Below are positions 1 to 11,182 of a stretch of DNA of 64,000 bases, piece after piece (within the stretch, counting starts at the first letter, position 1; each line of letters opens with the position of its first letter). The stretch spans positions 1 to 64,000 of the forward strand of contig MEDY01000255.1 in the NCBI GenBank assembly GCA_001724265.1, read 5' to 3'. The notes beneath the pieces are model-generated. The model worked only from the letters and a program-made list of their open reading frames with translations, was not told the DNA's origin and did not search any database. Source of the DNA: Rhizaria sp. SCN 62-66. Lineage: Eukaryota. The translations under genes and the position numbers were made by a program.

Positions 1-810
1 TAAGCTTTGACGATTATTTCACAGAGATTTCTATTGTGGAAGTTACCTGCCGAAAACTGCGTTTTTGGCGTTTTTTAGTTGACGCTACATAGGGGTTAAT
101 TACATGTACACCCGTATTAGTAACTGTAACTTGGAAGATTATTGTGAGTGTATTGTGGTGTGTGCGTTTGAAAATGAGGAATGGTTGTACCAACTTAAGA
201 GTATTTAGCAGCACTCATCTGTTCGTCTTTAACCATTGGTAAATCGGAAATCAGCGGAGGACTTAACGCTTAACGCGCGCAATGATCTTTGGTAGAAGCT
301 GAACATGAACCATTGACGTATTTGTGTCAGCAAATGTTCTCAAGTTCTTTTTGCAAAGGAACAACTTTGTCTTACTACATCAGAGTCGTAATAGTACTAG
401 AATTGACCAAGTATTATCTTGTTCTCAATATTTTAGGCGGCGAACTATGGATGGCAATGTTTGTTGATACAGTGTGCTTCTTCTTCTTAATCTGAAGCTT
501 AATCTTCTATAGCACTGAGCTTCCTTAGGTAGATCTTCCTGAAAGGCATCGTCAAGATATGTTTTAAAAATATATTCACTCTCATCACTAGATTGTGCAT
601 ATAATCCCGAAATATCGTTTTCTGTGTGCATTATTGTCGCTTTGAAATCGAACAACTATTTCCACAGGCTTTCGCACAAGGTCCCATCTGACAGTGAAAT
701 ACCGAATAGCAATGCATGGATGACTCGAAACATCAACTAATTGTTCGCTAATCTTTGCGCTTGACCCACAACAAGCTATTTCCACCATCGTTTGAAATCT
801 CACAGAAACG

Positions 811-3261
811 ATGCAATACGTCGACGACGCACACCGCCATGCCCACGACGCTCGCTTCCATGCCGCCATCAGGCATGTGACAGCTCTGACGTCAGATCTC
901 GATGCTTTGTCTGAATTGTAGGAAGAGATTACTTTAAGTGAACACCGCGACGTTTCCTTGCTTCGCGAGAGCGGAGTTGTCCCACTGCTGCTGCAGTCGC
1001 TCGTGCTGGGTGGCGAAGCGACAACGGACGCACGCCTTGATCCTATCTTAAAAATGTTTCAGCAAGTCGCGCTCTGGCAAGGTGGCTGCAATTTACTTGC
1101 CGAGTATGGCGCCTTTGAACGAGTCTTTACTGTACTTCCTATTCTTGCTCATGATGAGAGCAAGAGCGTAGCCGCGACAATGTTTGCCTTCGCGGAGACT
1201 TTTATGCGCAAGCAGGAGCCTTCCATTTCTGCGAGGCAAGCTGTGTCAAAAAACTGTCTGGCGTTCTTGCGTGAAGTCGAGCGGTACTGTGTTGACTCAA
1301 CGGATTATTAGTATCTAACATATCACTCCAGCGCTCCTCTTGAAATGATAACGTAGCTCCACTCAGGGTTGCTTCCATTTAGGTCGGTGTCCGACTTTGT
1401 TCCGCTGCTACGCAGGATCATCCGGCATCTTTTGACGCTTTAGTCGGACTTCGAACCAGAATGGATGTTGATGCCCCGTGACTTCTACAAAGCTCTTCAT
1501 GGCGTCTTTATGTGTGGCGTCAGTGGCCAAGACCCAGATGATGCACAGCGTCGCGCGGATATGGCGGACTTCGCAGCCAGTGGCGAGTTTCAGGCATTGT
1601 TTAAGTTTCTGAGTTGGGATTTAATGATCCAATTTCTGAAATTGTTTGATCATGCCACGTTTGTCTGTGCCTTCACTCATGATCGCATCGAGTGCGTTAT
1701 CGACTGGATTAACGCGGCGGATCCTGACGACAATGATCCCCGAAGGCTTTTTAATGACTTGCTGGGGGTAGTTGCGCATGTATCAACCCAGCTTCCAGAG
1801 TTTGCCCGAAGTCTCTCTTCCGTGAGTAACTTTGATGTGATCTTACGCAACCTGAGCAATCGTTGGTGCATTTGGGTGGAAGATACCCCAAACAATTTGA
1901 TGATGATATTCTCCAGCATCTTGAACGCTGTCCCAAATAGGGCGCTGGCGGCGCAGCAACTTCTTGCGAACGGTGCAGTGAAGTTGTGCTGCAACTTCAT
2001 TATGTCTCATTTGTTGCTGGGCTTTAATTGTCAGTGTTTGAACTCAACGGACGCTGCACTAATTCTGCGCATGCTCCACTTATTGATCATCATTGGAAAC
2101 GCGTCGCCTGATCATGCAATGGTTGACAACGACGTTAATTTGCGCGAGAACCCCTTCGTGGTCGAGTTCATTGCGAGTCGCGGGCTGCAGGCACTTGATC
2201 TGTTACACTATGATGATCGTGTACTCGTTGACGGCGGGGGTCCTGTACTCTTTGAACGATAGCAACTGTGCTCACTACTGGCAACGCTGGGCGTGGTTGT
2301 GCCGGACACACCAGCAGCAGTAGAGCAGTGGCGCATCCAGGCTCACAAAGAATTGAATGACTTTGTATACCCAAACGAAGACTGGCAGTGTGCGTTAAAC
2401 AACTATATTTCAAGCCACTACTTCCAAAATAGCGGCTTTCTTCAGAAGTCTCAGTCTTTACGTCGACAATATGGCGGACATGTCCCTTCTGGAGCTGCCT
2501 TAACAGTCTTGCAGACCAGGGCGCGCGAGCTCATCCGTCGTGCGGCGACGAGCGATGTCGCGGCCGAGCATACAGCCTTTGATGAGCAGATGGCCCTGGA
2601 TGTGGTGATGACGATGCGTCTGTACAATGCACATTCCTCGTTGCCGGAAGTGTACACGATGACGATACGGCTCAATGATGAGAGTTTACCTGCCAACTCT
2701 GCCCATTTTCGCACTGCGGCTCGAAATACTTGTCTTGGTAGTTGCCTCCATACATGTTTTATACCACCCCAGCATGGTACAAATCCGACGTTGCCATTCG
2801 TCACATTCTACGGAGAGGATGGCGAGTCCACGTGCGCGACGACACCTCTCGTCCTACCAGACAGTGACATCGTTTACGGCGAGTACTCTCAGCCTGCGCC
2901 GGTCGGCACATCATCTCGTGCAACATTGTACCCCGTTGGTACTGTATTGTATTTTCCCTACACAGTGTATTCGCACTACCAACGCGATCAAGTGAACCCG
3001 CATACTATGCCGTGGTTCATCGTCTTCACACCATGTCCGACGGACTTGCTGCGCGGCGCCGTGCCCGTCGGCCGCGTTATGTCGTGCGTGGCGGGCGATG
3101 AGCCAGCACTGTACGACAGCAGTGATGAGCCTTTTGATGTCACTGTCTTGAAACACCTTGTAACGCGAAGTCACGTCGAGAACTGTTGCAATGGAAATCG
3201 TGTGGCAAAAGTATGTGTTTATTTTAGAAAGTATGTTGCCAAAGATGTCACACAAGTGTAA
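811..3261 (+). CDS. Intronless 816 aa protein, divergent importin-alpha/ARM-repeat-like N-terminal part plus an unrecognised C-terminal domain; needs 5 in-frame TAG codons read as sense
   Basis: ORFs 958..1311, 1465..2262 and 2293..3261 share one frame with an ATG at 811. The only interruptions are TAG at 919, 1309, 1354, 1441 and 2260, and the frame ends at TAA 3259-3261. LRESGVVPLLLQSL and LLIIIGN...ENPFVVEFIASRGLQALDLL resemble importin-alpha ARM repeats (from memory). Confidence 0.7.
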
Positions 3262-4601
3262 AGCGGCCATAACTCAGCTCGTGTTTTGTATCCACACTTG
3301 TCGCAGTAACAAAAACCTGCACATATATCGCAAGTAAATCTGCACAATCCAAGTCAACGCATGATATTCAGCTTTGAGCCTATGACTTCTGAAGTGCATG
3401 TACTCTGCTCCTCTGCCTTGAGAGTAAACCACAAGCCGCGCATGCACTCAAATGGCGTTGTGCGCTGAACACAACATGCCTATGGCGTCAACATGGCTAC
3501 AAAGTATTGCTCTCTCATAGTATGTTCCGCGCTATCGCTGTGTTTAACGCAATCAGCGTATGCTGTCACCCACAGATCACAGTGATATGACAAAATAGCA
3601 AAACCAGCCGACGTAACTGAACTGTATTCTTGGTGTGACTCTGAACGGGTTTGAAATCAATACTAAATCGATTTTCTCAACTCCAGCCGTCACCTCAACA
3701 GCAGCGTCATTACCAGCCCCGCCAGTTGCAATAGCCGCAGTCGTTGTCTGCGCGCAGAAACGGCGGCAGCGGCGGGCCTGCCGACGTGGCGTCGCCTCGC
3801 CAGGCTGTGGCGACGGCGGCACGCGTGTCTGTGGCTTGTGTGGGAGCAACTGCCGCTTTTGCTGGAAACCTTGGGGCTGGGCGACTCGCCGTTGCTGCTA
3901 CTGCTACTGTAAGTGGCACACGTTGACTGTAAGTCGTGCTGTTGCTGCTGTTGCTGCTGCTGGTGCGACTGCCGTTGACCCGAACCTTATTTGCAGGCGC
4001 TGTGACAGCATTATTAACTGCAACTGCAGTGACAGCAGCCGCAGTAGCCTCAACACTCCTGCCAGCGCTGCGTAGAACGCGTCGAGCTCCGCGGGCACGT
4101 GAGGCGAAGAACGTCAAGTAGCCAAACCGACAGCGGCAAGGCGTGGTTGCCGGCGAGTACATGGCGCGGCAGGCGCACATGCGGCCGACGATCGCCTTCA
4201 AGATGAGGCCGCAGTAGGGGAGGGGTGGGAACATCATGGGGGCCATCCGGGAGAAAAGGCTCTCGATCGGGGTCACAAGCGTGACGCTTGTCGCCAGCGA
4301 CAAATGTCGTTGTTCGTCTCCTTTGGCTTTGGAGGGCGGCCTACACTCTGCTCGAAACCATCTGCCTGTTTTCTGCTCGTAGAAACTCATTGATTTGTGA
4401 TTGGAAAATTCCTTGAATTCTTGTATTTCGATGTTAGGAACACAAGTTAACAACGTGATATATTGGCCCTAGAATGGCCGCAAGAACATAACTGCACTGC
4501 CGCAGCAAGCGAAGAGCATTGTGACACATCTTAGCATACTAAGAGCCAGGTAACCATTATGAATACAGAATGAGTATAATGAGTTCTCTTAATGGTATAG
4601 C

Positions 4602-5482
4602 TCAATACTTGGTGATGCTACAGCAGCATACTCGCACCATCATAAAAAGCTCTAGCACAAATGGAATCAGCCTACACACAATTTGACAGTAAAGGAACAT
4701 ATGAACATCAAGCAAAAAATATTATAAGAATTCATTGTTAGTATATCGTAAATATGCGCCGTGTAGTCTTAAATTCGTTCGCTTTCTGATGTTAAAGCGA
4801 TATCAACTTGATAAGCATTCACAAAACGAAAGAGGTGTGTTTGGTTTCTAACGTACGAGCAAAAGGCCCAAATGATCCAGAAAGTTGAGTAATGCCACTT
4901 CTCCATCAAAAACCACGCAATGAGAATTGCGGCGATGTAGTGCGCGCAAGTATCTGTGTTGTTGTAGAGCAAGGTCAAAGGGTAAACGTGTCAGCGAAAA
5001 TGGCATGAGGAAAGAAGTGGAGGATAGAATAGAGAGATAAGCACTATAGAGTGTATATATTGAATATAATGCAAACAAGTCTCATTAACGTCATATATCC
5101 TCTTGTTGTTTGGAAGAAAGTGATGGCTAATCAGTCTACTGTCCTAACCAGTGCTTGCTTTCGTGAGAAGCAGAACCAAGACGACATAATATCGCATATT
5201 TTCGATGAAGTACGTACCATAGACGTTGACAATCGGACTAAACATCGAGAACCCGGCAAACAGCCCAAGAATCTCGGCCGCCTGGAAGAGGATGGTGAGC
5301 CAGACGGCCGCTTCGAGCGAGCTGTAGACGGTGTCGTACTGGCTCGAGGTGTGGTTGTAGGGAATCGACGCGATGACGTTGTCCGACATCTGGTACAGCA
5401 CCATGATGGCGACGGCAAGATGCGCAAGTGTGGCGATAAAGCGCGCGGGAATGACCGTGCTGAGGTAGTTCTGGGAGCCCAT
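4602..5482 (-). CDS. TMEM107: Transmembrane protein 107 (ciliary transition zone), 3 exons: 5482-5218, 4953-4857, 4671-4602
   Basis: Spliced product MGSQNYLSTVIPARFIATLAHL...EILGLFAGFSMFS...AHYIAAILIAWFLMEKWHYSTFWIIWAFCSLIPFVLELF matches the TMEM107 pattern. GTACGT donors, phases are consistent, TGA stop. Confidence 0.88.
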
Positions 5483-6087
5483 GGAGGGCAATCTTGAAAG
5501 CGGGCCGCGGGTGGGCGGGTTGTGGTTGCGGTGCTCAGGTTGCGGTTGCGGGAGCGGAGTGGTGGAAGAGCGCTGGAGAGACACAGACAAAGATACAGAT
5601 AATATTATAAAAGGAAATTCAGTATAAGAAAGGCGTTTATATTTTGGTGAGACTGCATTGTCATAGACGGAAGATGGCGCAAGTTATGAACAACAAAAGT
5701 TGGGCTGATTCAAACCTGACGGCGCGAAGGGCAGCAGCTGCTGAGGTCCAACGGGAGGGTCGGAACTGCGGAGACGAAAACAGCTTCCAGAGCGTTCAAA
5801 CGACCGTCAGAACGAATCTTGCAGAGTCCCTTGGACTAGCTTTGTGTGCTAGATTTCTGATCTAAATGAATTCAGTTTGAAAATGCGCGCAAGGGGCTCT
5901 TCACTCACTGGAACCCGAAAGCCATGCCTCTTTACATCACTATTGGCCCACGTATCCCGCATTCCTTGCATGCCCCACAAACCGAGTGTTTCTCCCTCAT
6001 TTTATCTGATATGACCAATCATCCCCTCATATATATTTTGCTCCTTTTTATCACTCTTGATGTTGCGTATTTATCAGTAAATCCCCG

Positions 6088-6432
6088 ATGGCTGAGGAGA
6101 ACTCTTTCCGCAAGATGATCACCCGCTCCCGTGAGTTCTGCGAGACGGCCTACAACCACACCAACAACACAATTGACGCTCTCCGCGACCCCGCCCGCCA
6201 GTTCAATGACTCCGTGACCGTTTTCACGCGCCCCGCGTTCTCGTGGTTCCACGAGCAGCGCCACACGCGGCCCTGGATGCTCGTCGGCGCCACCGCCACG
6301 GCCACGGCCATTTGCTCCTTCCCCTTCGGCCCCAGCGCGGCAGCCCGCAACACGATCCTGGCTACCATTCTGACCACGTGCGTCGTCAACCCCGAGTATG
6401 TCGTCAAGGTTGTGCGTGACAAGGAGCACTAA
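6088..6432 (+). CDS. 114 aa small protein with two C-terminal hydrophobic segments; function unknown (weak resemblance to MICOS MIC26/27-type layout)
   Basis: Strong C/G third-position bias like the neighbouring real genes, ATG after a pyrimidine-rich leader, TAA stop. The family guess is weak. Confidence 0.7.
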   Translation: MAEENSFRKMITRSREFCETAYNHTNNTIDALRDPARQFNDSVTVFTRPAFSWFHEQRHTRPWMLVGATATATAICSFPFGPSAAARNTILATILTTCVVNPEYVVKVVRDKEH

Positions 6433-7274
6433 GTGAGCCGCCAAACGAGCGCAACTATTGCGTTGCGCGACACCGAAGGCGGAAGCTGCTCTGAACTAGC
6501 TTCACGAAAACAAAGCTCTGACCGGCTTAATGTGCTCTGATTGGTCTCAAACTGTATAACCATATGTTTGTGATGAATACGTTTGTGTACGTTGAGTCCA
6601 ACGATTAAACTGTTCGAACACCTGTATATTCGAATTGTTTACCTCGTACGATCGACGCTAGAGTGACGAAAGCATCGTGCTCTTGACGACGTGAACACGA
6701 CAAAGCGAAGCTAATAAGACAATTGCTGCTGTCATTATTATAAAATCAAATCAACAAATATCATTTATTTAGAAGAAAATGCAAATCATGCAATCATCGA
6801 CTCGTTAACTCCACGCTTCTGCTCTGCTATGGTGTTGACGCCTCCGAGCTGCGTAAGCGATTACGACAGAATACCAGGAATATGGATGATAGAGCTCAAT
6901 GAGTGATGGGATGCAGCGTAAAAACAATTAATAAACAACCTCCTATTAATGTTCCCCTCGTCCGTCTTCAAAAGGCAAACACGAATCACATCATCGCCGG
7001 TCACTCACGAAAAACGTCGTCACAGGTCACAATACGCTTTAACAAAGTACAAGCAAACAAATAAGACTTGACGATAAGGAGTATCTAAACAAGCATTGTG
7101 TATTGGCGGAAACTATCGCTGACAAAAAAGCAGATTAAGCAATCTAAAAGTGTGAAGAGAAACGGCAATTGCGAGAGAGTGCGTGAGTGCAAAGCTTCAT
7201 AGAAACGTTAAGCGTGATGCTACAGTAAAAGCACAACACTTGAAATACGTGTTATAGTGGTTATAATGAAAATA

Positions 7275-7345
7275 TCAGAGATCTTGGTGGAAAAATGTGT
7301 CGTCAGCGCCGAAGCTCTTGAGTAGCAATGATTCGTAGTCATCAT
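7275..7345 (-). ncRNA. SNORD24: Box C/D snoRNA, U24/snR24 homologue, copy A
   Basis: Minus strand reads ATGATGA...TTGCTACT...CCACCAAGATCT-CTGA. Both guides complement the conserved LSU rRNA segment AGAUCUUGGUGGUAGUAGCAA, as in U24. Confidence 0.88.
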
Positions 7346-7589
7346 TTGTATAACCGATGCGCGTGCCTAAAGGAAGAAGCAGCAGCAGTGAAAGATGACA
7401 TACCTTAAGAAGGGGGGGCACTTGCTTATCAAAGCAAGCGCTGTCAGTTCTCGCGAAAGCGTCACGTTGAATCCGCGCGAAACCGCTAAGACGGAAATGA
7501 ATGAAGTTGAAGAAGCAAAGATGAGACGAAGGTTTACAAAAGATTGTAGACTCACAAGGGGACTGAAAGGGTTGTTTGTTTTACTAAAG

Positions 7590-7660
7590 TCAGAGATCTT
7601 GGTGGAAAAATGTGTCGTCAGCGCCGAAGCTCTTGAGTAGCAATGATTCGTAGTCATCAT
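7590..7660 (-). ncRNA. SNORD24: Box C/D snoRNA, U24/snR24 homologue, copy B
   Basis: Identical to 7275-7345 from box C to box D, with unrelated flanks. Confidence 0.88.
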
Positions 7661-8022
7661 CCGTAAAACGAGAAGAGTGGGTAAAGGAGAAGCAAATTGA
7701 GAACACGGACGTACATGTAACTTTGCAGGCGACTGCAAAACTTGGCACAAGTGACAAAAGTTCACTAAGTCAACATCCACAACCTAAAGAAGACAGAACG
7801 TGGACATGGGAAGGAGGATGCATTAGTTACCATGTAGAAAGTCGTAGTACTGGTTAAGGGCCGACAAAATAACGCGAAATCGCAACGTTATACTTTGCTA
7901 TACCACGAGGTATACCGAGAGTAAAATGAATAGATTATTTAAATTTGATAAATAGAAGTTCAGAAAATATTGCCAAAAATTTGCTTGATTTCACGATACC
8001 CCATGCGCCGGGATGCTTCGAC

Positions 8023-8086
8023 TCAGAACGAGACGCGCGCCAACGCACGGAGTAGCATCAAACTAGCCATAAAATTTGTTCATCAC
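8023..8086 (-). ncRNA. Box C/D snoRNA candidate, possible SSU rRNA guide
   Basis: GTGATGA at 8086-8080 and CTGA at 8026-8023. GTCTCGTT next to box D complements the conserved SSU motif AACGAGAC (8 nt only). Donor at 8142. Confidence 0.6.
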
Positions 8087-8363
8087 AACAACTCACGCGT
8101 CATTTAGACTCGTTGAGTGGATGCCATAAGACATAGACGTACCAAATGTGTTGCTGACACGGACATTGCTGGCAAGCGAAACGCAAGCGAGACAAAGCGC
8201 GTGCGTAACGGTATTGACACTTGACTACACCGAGCACAAGCAGGCCGAGCGGGGGGGCGCGACCGAGAGGGCTAGAGGACGAGACAAGAAACGAGAGAGC
8301 AACCAGGTATATGAGTGAACAATATCATTGTTGCGTTGTGATGAGAGAATTGAGGGAGAATAT

Positions 8364-8495
8364 CCACTCAGACAAATGCCTATAAATTGCCATCACGGTT
8401 GAGTGACGCCTCCTGCTTGTCGTGGCCCTCAGAACGAGGGACTCACATCGCACAGGGATTGTCGTAAGACGTGTGTAATAATTTCTTCAGTGTGG
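8364..8495 (-). ncRNA. SNORD15: Box C/D snoRNA, U15-like
   Basis: The 3' end AGGCATTTGT-CTGA is the U15 signature and complements LSU CAAAUGCCU. Variant box C TGAAGA, CCAC/GTGG terminal stem, donor at 8571. Confidence 0.78.
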
Positions 8496-8787
8496 GATGT
8501 GATGTGATGCGATAGCGGGGGATGCAGGCACAAGAGTGCGGTGATACGGCAGTGCTGGAGAAGAAACATACCTTGATGAGTCATGTGTCAAAAGTAAACC
8601 AACAGTCAGCAGTTGCCAAACGACTGAGCTCTGAAGCTAATTGCACAGACTAAATAGCAGAAACACGAAGATCAAGGACTCGATGTGAGGGAATGGACTC
8701 AGAGAGAGAAACAAAGTTAACTAACACGGTTGTTTACAAACAATTTCTACTCAAATTGCGAGTGCTTCGCAAAAGGAGCAAAAAGAG

Positions 8788-8861
8788 TCAGTTTAGTATT
8801 AATGTTTCGTTCTCAGCAATGATAATTACAGTACAGGTCCGTGAAAACAATTAATCATCAT
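8788..8861 (-). ncRNA. Box C/D snoRNA candidate, target not assigned
   Basis: ATGATGA at 8861-8855 and CTGA at 8791-8788, 74 nt span, 60 nt downstream of the donor at 8921. Confidence 0.6.
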
Positions 8862-9200
8862 GTTTGTTTGTAGTGGCAAAGGGCAAGGCAGACAGTCTTG
8901 AAACAAAGCCCAAAAACATACCTCACATGAGACTCGCTTAGAGTTGGGGGGGAAACTGTGTCGCGGGAGTAACGTCTTAAAAACCAAGACTGTCACATCA
9001 AAGAGACATAAAACGTCACCAAAACGAGTGAGAACGATGCCATATAGAAGTAATCTAATCATACGGAAGAGCTCTCATACGGAAGAGATAATACGTAAAC
9101 AAGTACAATCTCTCGTGTGTGTTGTAAGGAATTGATTGGTGTCCTTAGCGACAATGCGAAATCGACATTGTGGAGTCGTTAATCACAACAAAAACCGTTA

Positions 9201-9250
9201 TCAGCGGCCGACTACCACTCCGACCGCCCGTCATTGTCAGTTATCTTCAT
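9201..9250 (-). ncRNA. Box C/D snoRNA, U43/snR70-like (3' end uncertain)
   Basis: Variant box C ATGAAGA. Guide GACGGGCGGT complements the universally conserved SSU ACCGCCCGUC. CTGA at 9204-9201, donor at 9328. Confidence 0.7.
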
Positions 9251-9486
9251 TGGACGAGACTAAAACAAGACTGAAACAACTACAAAGAGGAAACTGGAGC
9301 AGAGGTAAAAAAGAAGCTTTAGACATACCATTACCGTTTCGCAACACCAAAAGTATTGCTGTTGTCACACCAGTCGTGAAACACGCGTCAAGCCATAGGG
9401 CTACAAACATAAATGTGTAAAGAAGGAAACGGTGAGGTCTTCGTAGTACGAGAGAGGCTTGCGGGTTGCAGTAAAGATTGGTTTTT

Positions 9487-9574
9487 GAGTTGAAGTCAGT
9501 CAAAAAAAGGTAAGTATTGGTTTTATCCTCACATTTGATGCAGAAGCTGGACATGGTGATCATCATATCAACTC
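9487..9574 (-). ncRNA. Box C/D snoRNA with 7 bp terminal stem, target not assigned
   Basis: GAGTTGA-t-ATGATGA ... CTGA-ct-TCAACTC: canonical boxes closed by a perfect terminal stem. Donor at 9623. Confidence 0.8.
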
Positions 9575-9788
9575 GGGTATTGGGACAGCGAACTAGGGCT
9601 TTAGTCCTGGAGCTGAGACATACCTTGAGCGAGGTCAAACTGGGGAGTGCAACAGCGGCGTCCGCTTCAGTGCATACTAACAAGACGACTGCGAGTATAA
9701 GAGATAAAATACAATCGTGTGAGTCGTGGTCGTCAAGTTTAGATCGTCGACTGAGAACGATAAAGTAAATTGTTGTAGAAAAGTATAA

Positions 9789-9880
9789 TCAGACTTGCTC
9801 CAATGCCTGGCAAGACACAATTGAGCTGGTTTCCTGTCTCTCGTCATAGTCGATAAGATGGGGAAAGAAAGCGTCATCAT
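9789..9880 (-). ncRNA. Box C/D snoRNA, snR190/SNORD12-like candidate, copy A
   Basis: ATGATGA...CTGA, 92 nt. TTCTTTCCCC and AGCTCAA complement LSU GGGGAAAGAA...UUGAGCU. The family name is tentative. Confidence 0.72.
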
Positions 9881-10166
9881 TTGTTGGGAATCAATAACAG
9901 AAATAATAGAAAACGAAAACGAAAACTGGAAGTATCAGTAAGTAGAAACGCGGTTAAGGCTAAGTTTGCGATGCTTGCTTCAGAAGCATGACATACCTGA
10001 TGCAGAAACCTTGAAAGTGCAGCACTGCGCAGACCACCAACAATCGTCTATAAACAAGATAAAGGAACAAGATCAAGGAACAAAGTCGAGAGCTACCGAT
10101 GTGAGTGATGGCGTTCGAGAGTTGCGAAGTTAGAGCTAAACTAAGTTAAGGGTGATTGTTTTGTAA

Positions 10167-10258
10167 TCAGACTTGCTCCAATGCCTGGCAAGACACAATT
10201 GAGCTGGTTTCCTGTTTCTCGTCATAGTCGATAAGATGGGGAAAGAAAGCGTCATCAT
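10167..10258 (-). ncRNA. Box C/D snoRNA, snR190/SNORD12-like candidate, copy B
   Basis: Near-identical to 9789-9880 (one substitution seen). Donor at 10310. Confidence 0.72.
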
Positions 10259-11182
10259 TTGTTTAATCGTAAAAATGTTGTTTGAAAAGCAAATGAGGAA
10301 GCGAACGTACCAGAGCTTGCAGCGTCGGGGTTCAGAAACATCCTCTGGTGTCTCACGATTGCGCCAATGTAAAGCGGCATCGCTTGGGATTAAAGTGCAG
10401 GCGTGGCTTTATTCCATCGATTAAGTTAAACCGATGAACAAAGCCGTCAGGTGCGGTCCTAAGAGCGAAAGCTCAGAAGGGTGGCATTCAGGCCGAGTGC
10501 TTAGTAACAGTCTAGAAATGGAGCAAAGGCGACACAAAGCAAAACGGGGAGATGTGAGCTTAGTATGAATAGGTACTTGAGAACATGGAATAGCCGTGAA
10601 AAGAGCCAAACTTAAGTTTCAGTGAAACTAAAGGCGGTTTGAGACGCGACAAGTGTGGCGCCCGAATTGGCGCCGAACGCCGTGCGATGCCCGCGTTTTC
10701 GCTGCGTCGATTTGAGCGCAAAAATGAAACATGCAAGCAACGCGGAAATTGTACAAATAGAGTAAAGCATCTCAAGTCGCTATTGAAACGTACCATGGCC
10801 CAATCGCCCCGCAGTGCCGACGGAAATGTGTGGTTTTCCGTAGCGCTCGAGTCATGCCGTGACCCGCGGGCTGGGCCTGGGAGCCGTTCGGTTCAAACCG
10901 TCTAAGCGCCCAGAGCCCTTAGCTCACAGTCACCAGCTCTGTTCCAACAGCTCTCGCCAGACGGGTCAGTCAGTCGGCTCACCACAGCAGAGAGTGGGCG
11001 AAGAGACACTCACTTAGCCTGAACTTTGCATGTGTGATATGGCGTGAAGTTTCCGTTAACAGTTTTTTGGTTGATATATATATAGCTAGATGTCTTGAAG
11101 TGTGCTATGCGTTGTTTTATATACCTCACATGTGTATCCCTGGCTCTATGCCCCCCTTTTACCGCCACGCTGTTGCTCGCAG

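Larger units (their letters stand above)
7119..10605 (-). ncRNA. Putative multi-intron non-coding snoRNA host gene (GAS5/UHG-like organisation); both ends approximate
   Basis: Nine minus-strand GTATGT/GTACGT donors (G at 10310, 9996, 9623, 9328, 8921, 8571, 8142, 7714, 7403) each lie 52-116 nt upstream of a box C. Pyrimidine-rich AG acceptors follow (e.g. near 9401, 8650, 8272, 7119). No convincing ORF. Possible pyrimidine-rich start CTCTTTTC at 10605-10598. Confidence 0.75.

Noticed and set aside
3710..4453. 247 aa minus-strand ORF and overlapping Cys-rich plus-strand ORF 3635..4075
   Set aside because: No recognisable motif, and the coding-like character seems to jump between frames. It may be a degenerate gene fragment, but I cannot support a model.
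8555..9623. Apparent 17 nt micro-introns (GTATGTTTCTTCTCCAG at 8571-8555 and GTATGTCTCAGCTCCAG at 9623-9607)
   Set aside because: The same donors are better explained as starts of longer snoRNA-containing introns. All introns in the protein-coding models are about 100 nt or longer.
7275..10258. Direct repeats read as LTRs or a CRISPR-like array
   Set aside because: Only two copies each, bounded by boxes C and D with rRNA-complementary guides. No spacers, cas genes or retroelement ORFs.
10330..10510. Possible further structured RNA ending GGATGTTTCTGA (vaguely U14-like)
   Set aside because: No box C or U14 domain A found, and it lies in a predicted exon of the host gene.
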